The notes under the pieces are model-generated. The model saw only the letters and a list, made by a program, of their open reading frames with translations. It had not been told where the DNA came from and made no database searches. A program made the position numbers and the translations under genes. From Deltaproteobacteria bacterium (GTDB lineage Bacteria > Desulfobacterota > Deferrimicrobia > Deferrimicrobiales > Deferrimicrobiaceae), in the NCBI GenBank assembly GCA_037439645.1, contig JBBIVQ010000005.1, positions 10,368 to 74,367 on the forward strand: a stretch of DNA of 64,000 nucleotides, written 5' to 3'. Of this stretch, positions 48,739 to 57,538 are shown in pieces (the stretch's first letter is position 1; the number at the start of each line of letters is the position of its first letter).

Positions 48739-50274
48739 TCAGTGCACCGGCCAATCCGAGGGGCTCCAGTAGAAGCCCCAGTTCGGTCCACGGAAATATG
48801 TTCCGATCAGCGTCAGGACGAGAAACCCGGCGAGGAAGCAGGTGAAGATCGCGATCCCCCCCATCCGGGTGCTGTTTTCCCGCCGGATGATATGGACGGA
48901 GAACGCGACGTAGAGAAAGGTGAGGAGCGTCCCCGGGTTGAGGAAGGTGATCACGATCTGCGGGATTTCCGGGACCCAGTTCCGAAGCCAACCGACGCGG
49001 ACGGCGAACGCCTCGATCCCGATCACCGCGCCCAGGCCGAAGGCGGCCGATTCGAGAAAGACCCGCTTGGGACGCTCCCCCTTCCCAAGCCAGTGCCCGA
49101 CCCCGCCCGGCTCACGGTCCAGGTAGGGGATCAGTCCCAGCCCGAGCAGTGTGATCATCGGCAGGAGCACTCCGCCCGCAAAGGCCGAGAAGGAGACGAT
49201 CTCCTGCAGGCCGAGGAAGTACCAGGGAGCCTTGGCCGGGTTTTCCGGGATCAGCGGGTTCGCCATCTCCTTGAGCGGCGCGTCGAAGAACCAGGAGAGG
49301 GCGACGGTGACCGCAAGGGTGAGCATGAACACGGCCGCCTCCGCGGTCATCAGGTGGGGCCAGGCGGGGACCGTGTTCTCGGGGCCTCTCCCGACGCTCG
49401 GGCTCGTCCCGCGAACCACCGCCATCAATCCGTAACTCTTCTTCGGCGCCTGCGTGAAGACCGGAAGGACCTCCTCTCCGGCCGGACCGAGGCGTTCGTC
49501 CGCGTCCTCCGGCCGGGAGAGCCCCCCGTCCTTCCGGATCCTCCAGAAGTGGAGCCCGAGGAAGAGGAGCATCAGCAACGGCAGGACCATGACGTGGAGG
49601 ACGTAGAACCGGATCAGCGCCTCTTCCCCCACGGAGCGGGATCCGAGCAGCAGCGTCTTCTGGACCCCTCCGGGGTCGAAGTACCGGGTGACGCCGGCCG
49701 CGTCGGTCAGTTCCTTCGGCGACTGCGCGATGTTCGCGCCGATCGTGGTCGCCCAGTAGGCGAGCTGGTCCCAGGGCAGGAGGTACCCGCTGAAGGAAAG
49801 GCCCAGCGTCAGAACGAGGAGCACCAGCCCGAACACCCAGTTCATCTCCCGCGGCGTCTTGTAGGAAGAGGTGTAGAAGACCCGCGCCATGTGGAAGATC
49901 ACCGCGATCACCATCAGGTGCGCTCCCCAACGGTGGATGTTCCGGATGAACCGGCCGGAAGGGACGACGAAATGGATGTCCTGGATCGACTGGTAGGCCA
50001 GCAAGGTGGACGGCTTGTAGTAGAACATCAACAACACCCCGGTCGCCACCAGCAGGACGAACGATGCGGCGCAGATCAGCCCCAGGCCGAGGGTGGAGGA
50101 CCACCGCAGGCTCCACCGGTGCACACGCGTCGGGTGGATGTGCAGGAACAGGTTCTGGAACACCGCTTCCATCCGGGACCGGTCGGTCACCGGCGCCCCG
50201 TGCCGGACCAGGCTGTCCCACACGGAGCGCGGGACCGCCTTCACGCCGGCGACATATTCCTTCCATGCTTCCAC
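48739..50274 (-). CDS. Cytochrome b (bc-complex cytochrome b, fused N- and C-terminal domains)
   Basis: The cytochrome b N-terminal region with His ligands (HRWGAHLMVIAVIFHMARVFY ... LLPWDQLAYWATTIG) and multiple TM helices. GTG start with an AAGGAGGG Shine-Dalgarno. Confidence 0.85.
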   Translation of the reverse strand: MEAWKEYVAGVKAVPRSVWDSLVRHGAPVTDRSRMEAVFQNLFLHIHPTRVHRWSLRWSSTLGLGLICAASFVLLVATGVLLMFYYKPSTLLAYQSIQDIHFVVPSGRFIRNIHRWGAHLMVIAVIFHMARVFYTSSYKTPREMNWVFGLVLLVLTLGLSFSGYLLPWDQLAYWATTIGANIAQSPKELTDAAGVTRYFDPGGVQKTLLLGSRSVGEEALIRFYVLHVMVLPLLMLLFLGLHFWRIRKDGGLSRPEDADERLGPAGEEVLPVFTQAPKKSYGLMAVVRGTSPSVGRGPENTVPAWPHLMTAEAAVFMLTLAVTVALSWFFDAPLKEMANPLIPENPAKAPWYFLGLQEIVSFSAFAGGVLLPMITLLGLGLIPYLDREPGGVGHWLGKGERPKRVFLESAAFGLGAVIGIEAFAVRVGWLRNWVPEIPQIVITFLNPGTLLTFLYVAFSVHIIRRENSTRMGGIAIFTCFLAGFLVLTLIGTYFRGPNWGFYWSPSDWPVH

Positions 50275-50299
50275 CCGCGTTCCCTCCTTTCCCGAAGCG

Positions 50300-50767
50300 T
50301 CAGGCCTTCCAGCAGGTTCCCGGCGGGACCGTTTCGCCCTCGTCCACCATCAGCTGCCCGTCGGGCGCCTTCGCCACCTTGAGCCAGTCGAGCGCGCGCG
50401 GGGCCGGCCCTCCGACGACCCTTCCCATCGCATCGAAGCGGGATCCGTGGCAGGGGCAGTCGAATCCGGTGGGGGAGGGGGCCACGATGCACCCGAGGTG
50501 GGTGCACACCGCGGAGATCGCGAAGACCCCCTGTTCCCCGCGGGAGACGAAGATGTTCCGCCCCGGCACCTTCCGGTATTCCCCTTCGGGGATCGACCCG
50601 GGAAGACCCACCTTCCCTTTCAGGGAGGGTTCCGGCAGGACGGAGGGCTTGGGCAGGCGGAAGACGCCGACCAGCGCCGCCGCCAGCGCGGCGCAAAAGG
50701 CGCCCCATGCCCCCCATGTCAGGAAATCCCTTCGTCCGGACTGCGCTACCCGGTCGTCTGCGGACAT
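50300..50767 (-). CDS. Rieske [2Fe-2S] iron-sulfur protein, Tat signal
   Basis: Tat motif SGRRDFLTWGAWGAF and Rieske boxes CTHLGCIV and CPCHGSRF. Confidence 0.85.
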   Translation of the reverse strand: MSADDRVAQSGRRDFLTWGAWGAFCAALAAALVGVFRLPKPSVLPEPSLKGKVGLPGSIPEGEYRKVPGRNIFVSRGEQGVFAISAVCTHLGCIVAPSPTGFDCPCHGSRFDAMGRVVGGPAPRALDWLKVAKAPDGQLMVDEGETVPPGTCWKA

Positions 50768-52644
50768 CGCCATTCCTCCCGGAAGTGATACCGTTCCATC
50801 GTGATGGCCCCGACGGGGCACCGCTTCTCGCAGTTCGCACACCGGATACAACGATCCTCGTCCTTGATGATCGCCGACCAGGCCTCGCCGGGCCCGCCCG
50901 GGGCGAGCCCGGCACGGGTCGAACGATCCAGCGCCAATGCGTCGAGGGGGACGAGTTTCAGGCACAGGGTCGGGCAGACGTCGGCGCACCCGCCGCAAAG
51001 GATGCAACGGTCCGAATCGAAGATCGTGTTCACGCCGCAATCGAGGCATCGACCCGCCTCCGCGGCCGCCTCCTCCGGTCCGTACCCGGTTTCCACCTGG
51101 AGATCGATCCGCAGCTTCCGCGTGTCCACCGGCGCCGCCGGCACCGGAGTCCGGGGGACCGCCTCGTACCGCTTCTCCCTCCCGAACCGATCGAGAACCC
51201 GGTGGATCTCCACCCGCTCCGGGGAGATCTTCCGCCCGGTGAGCTCCCGGTAGATCGAGCGGGCCGCCTTCTTGCCGCTGGCGATCGCGTCGATCATCAG
51301 GCGAGTCCCGTGGGCGGCGTCGCCGGCGGCGAACACCTTCGGGTTCGTCGTGGACAGGGTCTCGGGATCCACCCGCAGCAGCCCGCGCTCGGTCAGGGCG
51401 ACCCCGTCACGCTCCGAAGAGAGGAAGGAAAGGTCCATCGCCTGCCCGATCGCGAGGATCACGGTGTCGGCCGGAAGAACGGTTCGTTCCCCGGGATCGT
51501 ACCGGGGGGCGAACCGCCCCCTGTCGTCGAACACCGAGAGGACCTTCTGGAAGACCACCTCCCGGACCTTCCCCGCCTCATCGAGGCGGATCTCGAGGGG
51601 ACCCACCCGGTTGAGACGGCGGATCCCCTCTTCCTCCCCCTCGCGGACCTCCACCGGGTCGGCCGGCATCTCGTCGAACGACTCCATGCAGCAGAGGGAA
51701 ACGTCCCGCACCCCCTCCTGGCGCAGCGCGGTCCGGGAAACGTCGAGATCCTCGTGGCGCAGCGCGGTCCGGGAAACGTCGTAGGCGACGGAACCGCCGC
51801 CGATCACCACGACGCGCCGGCCCAGCGGCACCGTCTCTCCCAGCGAAACGCTCCGCAGGAAATCGACCCCCCCGTGGACCCCGGTCCCGTCCGCGCCGGG
51901 GATCGGCAGGCCCCGGGAGCGCTTCGCCCCCACGGCGATCAGGACCGCGGCGTGGTCCCGCAGCAGGTCGTCGAACCCGACATCCCGTCCAACCTTCACC
52001 CCGCACCGGATGGTGACACCCAGCGCCTCGATGACGGCGATCTCCGCGCGGATCAGGTCCCGGGGAAGACGGTACTGCGGCACCCCGAGGTAGAGCATGC
52101 CGGCGGGGACCGGTTCCCATTCGAACACGACGGGGGAAAATCCCATCAACGCCAGGTCGTGCGCGGCGGACAGGCCGGACGGTCCGGATCCGACGATCGC
52201 CACCGGCTCCCCGTTCGCCGGGATGAAGTTTCCACGGACTCCCTCCCGGATCAGGGCGGCGAACTCCTCGGCCCCTCCGCATTCGAGGTAGGCGGCGTTG
52301 CGGAGCGCTTCGAACAGGTCTTCCCGGGGAAATTCCGCCGACTCCGGGCCGAATCGGCGGCAGGCATACCCTTTCAACGCCCGGATCGCCACGGGGGCGT
52401 CGATCTTCCCCCTGCGGCAGGCCGCTTCGCAGGGGGCGCCGCAGACCCGTCCGCACATAGAGGCCAGCGGGTTCGGTCCCCGGGCGATCAGGTAAGCCCG
52501 CAGCGCGTCCCCGGCGGCGATCGCGCGAATGTACCCCCGGGCGTCGGTTCCCACGGGGCAGGCGAACTGGCAACAGATCTGCTCCTTCCAGTATTCCCGG
52601 TCGGGAACCCGGACGTCGAAGGGGACCACTCCGGGGTGCGCCAC
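50746..52644 (-). CDS. NAD(P)H-dependent Fe-S flavoprotein oxidoreductase (GltD/NfnB-like with C-terminal 2x[4Fe-4S] ferredoxin domain)
   Basis: N-terminal Cys cluster CCQFACP...CGRVCGAPCEAAC, dinucleotide-binding GSGPSGLSAAHDL and VVVIGGGSVAYD, and C-terminal CLDCGVN...CILCGGCADVCP and CIRCANCEKRCP. GTG start. Contains an in-frame tandem duplication. Confidence 0.8.
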   Translation of the reverse strand: MAHPGVVPFDVRVPDREYWKEQICCQFACPVGTDARGYIRAIAAGDALRAYLIARGPNPLASMCGRVCGAPCEAACRRGKIDAPVAIRALKGYACRRFGPESAEFPREDLFEALRNAAYLECGGAEEFAALIREGVRGNFIPANGEPVAIVGSGPSGLSAAHDLALMGFSPVVFEWEPVPAGMLYLGVPQYRLPRDLIRAEIAVIEALGVTIRCGVKVGRDVGFDDLLRDHAAVLIAVGAKRSRGLPIPGADGTGVHGGVDFLRSVSLGETVPLGRRVVVIGGGSVAYDVSRTALRHEDLDVSRTALRQEGVRDVSLCCMESFDEMPADPVEVREGEEEGIRRLNRVGPLEIRLDEAGKVREVVFQKVLSVFDDRGRFAPRYDPGERTVLPADTVILAIGQAMDLSFLSSERDGVALTERGLLRVDPETLSTTNPKVFAAGDAAHGTRLMIDAIASGKKAARSIYRELTGRKISPERVEIHRVLDRFGREKRYEAVPRTPVPAAPVDTRKLRIDLQVETGYGPEEAAAEAGRCLDCGVNTIFDSDRCILCGGCADVCPTLCLKLVPLDALALDRSTRAGLAPGGPGEAWSAIIKDEDRCIRCANCEKRCPVGAITMERYHFREEWRCPQTTG

Positions 52645-52648
52645 GCCG

Positions 52649-53068
52649 CTATCCGTCCCTTCCGGGCGATCCCGCCGAAAGCGCGATATCGGCGATCGTG
52701 GTCCGCTCCATCAGTTCGACGAAGGATCGCTGCAGATCATTCCAGTTCCCGTGTTTGGAACAGCGCCTTCCGGGACACTCGGGATTGCCGACGATGCAGA
52801 GATGCCCCATCGTTTCCGGCTCGAACGTTTCGAGAACCGACTTCAGCGGGATCCGGGTTGCCCCTTCCTTCAGGCGATAGCCGCCGGTGCGACCCCGAAC
52901 CGATTCGACGAGCCCGTTGCGGGAGAGATGGAACAGGACCTTGGCGAGATATGGCGCGGGGATCCCCAGACGGCGCGCAAGCCCCCGGGCATGGAAAAAG
53001 GATCCCCGGGATTCCCCGGCGAGCAGCGCCAGGACCCAGATCGCATACCGGGACGTCTTGGAGATCAT
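52649..53068 (-). CDS. Rrf2-family transcriptional regulator (IscR/NsrR-like, Cys-containing)
   Basis: MISKTSRYAIWVLALLA is Rrf2-like, and there is a Cys cluster CIVGNPECPGRRC. Confidence 0.8.
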   Translation of the reverse strand: MISKTSRYAIWVLALLAGESRGSFFHARGLARRLGIPAPYLAKVLFHLSRNGLVESVRGRTGGYRLKEGATRIPLKSVLETFEPETMGHLCIVGNPECPGRRCSKHGNWNDLQRSFVELMERTTIADIALSAGSPGRDG

Positions 53069-53234
53069 GCGGCAATCCCCGGGTAATTAGGATATTAAGG
53101 TATGAATATCATGTGAGTGGAAAATGTCAAGAAAATCCGCCGCCCGTGAAGGGCGACCCTTTCCGGCGCCGTGAGAACCGGAGCATCGGACGAGGGGACG
53201 GGGCCAGCCCGTCCCCTCGTCCGTCGAAACAAGG

Positions 53235-56200
53235 TTATGCCTTGACCAGGTTCACCATCGTATCGTAGAAGGAAGCGCTTCCTCCGATCGGGTCGGTCAT
53301 GCACGTGTTCTTGAGGACCGGATCGATCTTCATCGCCGCGTTCGGGCACAGGCCGGCTGCGCGCCGCTTCTCGCCCTTGACCGTCCGCCCGTCCACGGTC
53401 GCATCGGACGCGCCGTACCCCCAGTGCCCGAACGACCAGGAGACGGCGACGACTCCCGGCGCCATTCCCTCGACCGCCTTGATCTTTCCGACCATGTCGA
53501 CCGGCTCGCGGTTCGGCAGGTGCCACTTCCCGTCCGCGTTCGACTTCGAGACGATCCGCGCCTTCTCCCCGTCCTTGAAGCCGAGATTCTTCGCCGTGCC
53601 GGCGTTGACGAGGAGGAAATTCTCGGGAAGGATCGCGCTCATCCAGTAGTTGTTCGGCAAGGTGCGGGACTGCCCTCCGAAGATCTCCTTGTAGGTGATG
53701 AGATGCAGCGGCATGTCCATGTCGACCGCCATGTTCCCCTTTGCGTCCTCGGGCTGCGTGAAGCAGCCGGTGCCGCGAAAACGTTTCCCCGTCAAGGAGT
53801 GTTTCGCCTTCGCCACATTCTCGCAGTAGAGGTTGAACTGTTTTCCGTACTTCTTCACGAGCTTCCCGTCGGGATTCGCGACCTCGGGGTTCCAGTCACC
53901 CCAGCGGCCCCCGCGGTTGAGGACGGTGACGGTCTTTTTCCACTTGTCGGGCCCGACCGCCTTCTCCCACCGCTTCTCGCTGAACACGGCGGCTTTGAGA
54001 TGCTTTCGCGCCTCGAGGAACGTTTTCATCTCGTCGAAGGAGGCGTCCGGCACCGCGTCGCCGTCCTTGTCCCCGACGGCCATGTTCGCGGCGAGCTTCA
54101 GGTACCAGTCCACCGGGGAGGTCAGATCCAACCCGGGGGTGAACCCGTCCTTGCCGAACCCCGGGAGCTGAAGTTTCTCGGCGAATGCCAGCGCCAGCGC
54201 CTCGAAAGAGCAGTGCATCTTCTCTCCGAACACCGTGACCGTTTCGGTCAGGGGGGTGATGGTGGGCTGGCGGAACTTGGACACCGCGTACGGGACGTCC
54301 GGGGAAGCGTGGGGCGTACCGAACCGCTCCCAGATGGCGGTGTCGGGGAACACATAGTCGGCATACATGCTGGTCTCGCCCAGTACGATGTCCGTCGCGA
54401 AGAACAGGGGGATCTTCTCCGTGTCGGCGAGGATCGAAAGGGCCGTCTGCCCCGCCGGCACCGCAAGGCCGGGGGTGCCCATGTGGAGCCAGACCGCCTG
54501 GGCCGCGTACGGGTATCCGTCGGCGGAGGAGGGCAACGCCTCCTGGTAAACGTTGCTGGTGAACGGGAGCCACGGCCGTTTCGCCGGGTATCCCTGGAAC
54601 AAGGTCGACTTCTCGTAGTGGGACCCCTCCCGCGTGATCTTGTGGCCGAAGGGGGACATCTTCCCCGGGTGCAGCTTGTTCACGTCGAACTGGGCTTTCG
54701 ACTTGTCTCCGAATTCGTGCCAGTGCCCACCGCCGACGGACAGGCCTCCTTTGTGGTCCGCGTTACCGATCAGGATGTTCAGGGCGATGAGGGCCTGGGC
54801 GTTGTAGTAGCCGTTGGTGTGCTGGACCGGCCCGCGGTAGAATTCGACCCCCGCCTTCTTGCCGTGGGAGGTCAACTCCTTCGCGACGGTTTCGATGTCC
54901 GCCACCGGGATGCCGCAGATCTTCGACCACTCCGTCATCGTCTTCGAGAACGCCTCTTCCTTGAGGATGGTGAAGGCGGTCTTTACGGGCACCCCGTTGA
55001 CCTCCCCGCTGAAGTCGAGGGTTCCGGTCACCGCGTTCTTGTCGTCGTCCGCCTTCACGGCGGCCGGCGCGCCCCCGGCCATGACGACGAAGTGGTCCTT
55101 GTCGCCGGTCCCGATGTCGGAGGCCCGAAGCAGGGCGCCGGGGCCGTCCTTCTCGATCTTCACCAGGTGGGTCGAATTCGACCACGTGGTCTCCCCCGCC
55201 GCCTTGGCCGCGGCCTTGTTGGCGGCGGCAAGGTATTTTTCGTCATGCCGCTTGTTCTCGATGATCCAGCGGATCATGGCCAGGGCGAGGGCGGCGTCGG
55301 TCGAAGGCTTGACCGGCAGCCACTTCCATGCGCGCGAGGCGGACTTGCTCATCCGCGGGTCGACCACCGCGACCTTCAGACGGCCGGACGAGATCCCTTC
55401 GGTGACCTTCGGGCACATGGCCGGGGGGCCGAAGTTCGCCTCCACGAACCCCGTGCCGAAATAGACGATGAACTCGGCGTTGAACGAATCGGGCTTCATG
55501 TGGGTGATGCCGCCCGCCCATTTCCCGTCCGCGTACTGCTTGGTTGCTTCATTGTAGGCGATGTGGTGCGACTGTTCGCAGATCGTGGTGTGCTCGATGA
55601 TGTTCGCGGAGCCGAAACCGCCGTTCATGAACCGCTTGCCGAACTCGATCCGGCCGTGCTCGATCCGGCCCCACATCCCGACGAACCGGTTGTTCTTCGG
55701 GCCGAGGTCGGGATGATCCGGGTCGATCAGCCGGTCGAGGTTCGTGGCGTGCTTCGCCTTGAACTCCGCGACTTTCATCTTTCCTTCCGCGACCGCCTTC
55801 GCGTCCTTCCCCATCTCGGCCGAGAGCTTCGCGTCGGTCAGCGCGCGCAACTCCTTGAGCCCCGGGACGTGCCGGGATTCCCCGATCCCCGCGAACAGGG
55901 TCCCGCCGCTGACGATCTCGCTGACGGCCTTGTCGAAGGAGATGACCTCCCATCGGTTGGAGCCGCGGGGCCCATTTCGCTTCAGGACCTTTACGATCCG
56001 GTACGGGTCGTAAAGCGACTGGATCCCGGACTGCCCCTTGGGGCACACCAGGGCGTCGATCTTCGCCGCCTTCCCCAGGGCCGTTCCGTACGGCAGGTTC
56101 GGGATCAGGTTCTCGCTGTACGGGTTGCCGTCGATCTTGACCGCGACGCCGTCCAGGATCTTCACCTTGATCGGGCAGGCGGTGTGGCACTGGAGGCAGA

Positions 56201-56426
56201 CGGAGTAGATCACACTCGTCGCCTTCGACAGCGGGTAGCTCCCCGAGCGTTCCCCGGCCGCCTCGGCGGTTCCCAGAAGGTGGAACGCGTTTTCCATCCG
56301 GCTCATCAGAAGGGCGGAGCCGCCGAGGAACGCCCCGGATTTCAGCAGGGTCCGGCGGGACACGCTCGCCAGGGGCCATCGATCGACGGTTTCCTTCAGC
56401 TTGCAAGGTTTCTCGTTGGAAGACAT
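53235..56426 (-). CDS. Tat-exported molybdopterin oxidoreductase catalytic subunit, tetrathionate-reductase (TtrA)-like / PsrA-like
   Basis: Tat motif SRRTLLKSGAFLGGSAL, N-terminal Fe-S motif CLQCHTACP, TtrA-like blocks LALAMIRWIIENKRHDEKYLA and LAFAEKLQLPGFGKD, 1063 aa. A GGAGGAGG Shine-Dalgarno precedes the ATG. Confidence 0.85.
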   Translation of the reverse strand: MSSNEKPCKLKETVDRWPLASVSRRTLLKSGAFLGGSALLMSRMENAFHLLGTAEAAGERSGSYPLSKATSVIYSVCLQCHTACPIKVKILDGVAVKIDGNPYSENLIPNLPYGTALGKAAKIDALVCPKGQSGIQSLYDPYRIVKVLKRNGPRGSNRWEVISFDKAVSEIVSGGTLFAGIGESRHVPGLKELRALTDAKLSAEMGKDAKAVAEGKMKVAEFKAKHATNLDRLIDPDHPDLGPKNNRFVGMWGRIEHGRIEFGKRFMNGGFGSANIIEHTTICEQSHHIAYNEATKQYADGKWAGGITHMKPDSFNAEFIVYFGTGFVEANFGPPAMCPKVTEGISSGRLKVAVVDPRMSKSASRAWKWLPVKPSTDAALALAMIRWIIENKRHDEKYLAAANKAAAKAAGETTWSNSTHLVKIEKDGPGALLRASDIGTGDKDHFVVMAGGAPAAVKADDDKNAVTGTLDFSGEVNGVPVKTAFTILKEEAFSKTMTEWSKICGIPVADIETVAKELTSHGKKAGVEFYRGPVQHTNGYYNAQALIALNILIGNADHKGGLSVGGGHWHEFGDKSKAQFDVNKLHPGKMSPFGHKITREGSHYEKSTLFQGYPAKRPWLPFTSNVYQEALPSSADGYPYAAQAVWLHMGTPGLAVPAGQTALSILADTEKIPLFFATDIVLGETSMYADYVFPDTAIWERFGTPHASPDVPYAVSKFRQPTITPLTETVTVFGEKMHCSFEALALAFAEKLQLPGFGKDGFTPGLDLTSPVDWYLKLAANMAVGDKDGDAVPDASFDEMKTFLEARKHLKAAVFSEKRWEKAVGPDKWKKTVTVLNRGGRWGDWNPEVANPDGKLVKKYGKQFNLYCENVAKAKHSLTGKRFRGTGCFTQPEDAKGNMAVDMDMPLHLITYKEIFGGQSRTLPNNYWMSAILPENFLLVNAGTAKNLGFKDGEKARIVSKSNADGKWHLPNREPVDMVGKIKAVEGMAPGVVAVSWSFGHWGYGASDATVDGRTVKGEKRRAAGLCPNAAMKIDPVLKNTCMTDPIGGSASFYDTMVNLVKA

Positions 56427-56441
56427 TCGTTTACCTCCTCC

Positions 56442-57200
56442 TCACACGTGGCATTCGAGGCACGTAACCGGCGTGCCGACCTGGATCTTCGAGCGCTCTT
56501 CGTAGCCGATGTAGTAGACCCGCGGCTTCGTGCCGAGCTTTGAAAGGTTCTGCCAGACCGTCTCTTTCTTCAGGATCTCGGAAACGAGGCTCTTCGGATC
56601 CGAGGCGTCCCCGAAGTACATCGCCCTGCCGATGCAGGTGGAAACGCAGGCGGGAATCATGCCGCTTTCGAGTCGATGCGGGCAGAAGGTGCATTTCCGG
56701 ATGGCGCCGTTCAGGGCGTTCTTCTCCCGTGTGAACTTCCCGCCGTACTCGTAGAAATCCCGTGTTTCGTACGGTTCAAGCACGGGCGTTCCGTCGGTGT
56801 TATGGCCGCCGTGGTCCTCGATGATCGCGTAATAGGGGCACGACTTCTTCGCCGCTTCGGCCGCCTTCGGATTTTTTGCAAGCACCTTGTAGTCGAACTC
56901 GACGATGCCGTCCTCCCGCTTTACGATGGCGTTCCTGGACACCTTGTTCGCCGCTTTCATGCACGGGGCATTGTCGCACTGCTGGCAGTTCGCGGGCATG
57001 AAGAACCGGTCCAGATCGGGGAACTCCCTGTGCTCCGTTTCGAACACCTTCCGGTAGGAGCTGCCGGGTGGAGTGACGTTTTCGGCCATGCAGGACACGG
57101 CACAGGCATGGCACCCCACGCATTTTCGAACGTCGATGACCATCTTCCAGGATCGTTCCTTCTTCGGGCGGCCGAGCGCCCTCTCGAGATCTTCGTGCAT
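56442..57200 (-). CDS. 4Fe-4S ferredoxin-type electron-transfer subunit (TtrB/PsrB/DmsB-like)
   Basis: KMVIDVRKCVGCHACAVSC, CQQCDNAPCMKA and CTFCPHRLESGMIPACVSTC. The start is uncertain; 57143 is an alternative. Confidence 0.75.
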   Translation of the reverse strand: MHEDLERALGRPKKERSWKMVIDVRKCVGCHACAVSCMAENVTPPGSSYRKVFETEHREFPDLDRFFMPANCQQCDNAPCMKAANKVSRNAIVKREDGIVEFDYKVLAKNPKAAEAAKKSCPYYAIIEDHGGHNTDGTPVLEPYETRDFYEYGGKFTREKNALNGAIRKCTFCPHRLESGMIPACVSTCIGRAMYFGDASDPKSLVSEILKKETVWQNLSKLGTKPRVYYIGYEERSKIQVGTPVTCLECHV

Positions 57201-57341
57201 CCGAACGATTTCACCTGTTGCCACGGCGGAACCCTCCTTCCGCGAACGGGATGTTTCGAATCTGAATCCGTTACAAGGTCCGGAGCGCATCGATGAGGCC
57301 CAGCACCGGAAAGGAATGTCGAGAACAGTCGAATATTCGTA

Positions 57342-57357
57342 CGCAATTTCCGAGCCA
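57342..57357 (-). promoter_or_regulatory. Sigma-54 (-24/-12) promoter TGGCTCG-GAAA-TTGCG directing transcription toward the TtrB/TtrA-like genes
   Basis: The reverse complement of 57342-57357 matches the TGGCACG-N4-TTGCW consensus at 14 of 15 key positions. It sits about 140 nt upstream of the ttrB-like start, and an NtrC-family activator gene is adjacent. Confidence 0.55.
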
Positions 57358-57399
57358 TTTATAATTTATTGATAATGTTGGCGTTTTCCGGGAGGGAGC

Positions 57400-57504
57400 G
57401 TTACCTCAAGGTAACACTTCGTGACGTTCTCAAGCGCAACGATTCGATAGGAAACGGGAAATGGCCGTTACCACGAGGTGGAGCCGATGTTACTTTATCG
57501 TAAC
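57400..57504. promoter_or_regulatory. Putative enhancer (UAS) sites: two GTTAC-N6-GTAAC palindromes (57400-57415, 57489-57504) plus a half-site between them
   Basis: The two palindromes share the same architecture, are about 89 bp apart, and lie 45-160 bp upstream of the sigma-54 promoter and just downstream of the activator gene. Confidence 0.4.
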
Positions 57505-57538
57505 GTGAAGGGAATGACGTGTTTCCTGCCGCCGATGG

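Noticed and set aside
53424-56543. 1039-aa plus-strand ORF antisense to the TtrA-like gene
   Set aside because: Same reasoning. Tat signal, CxxCxxxC and TtrA-like blocks are all on the minus strand.
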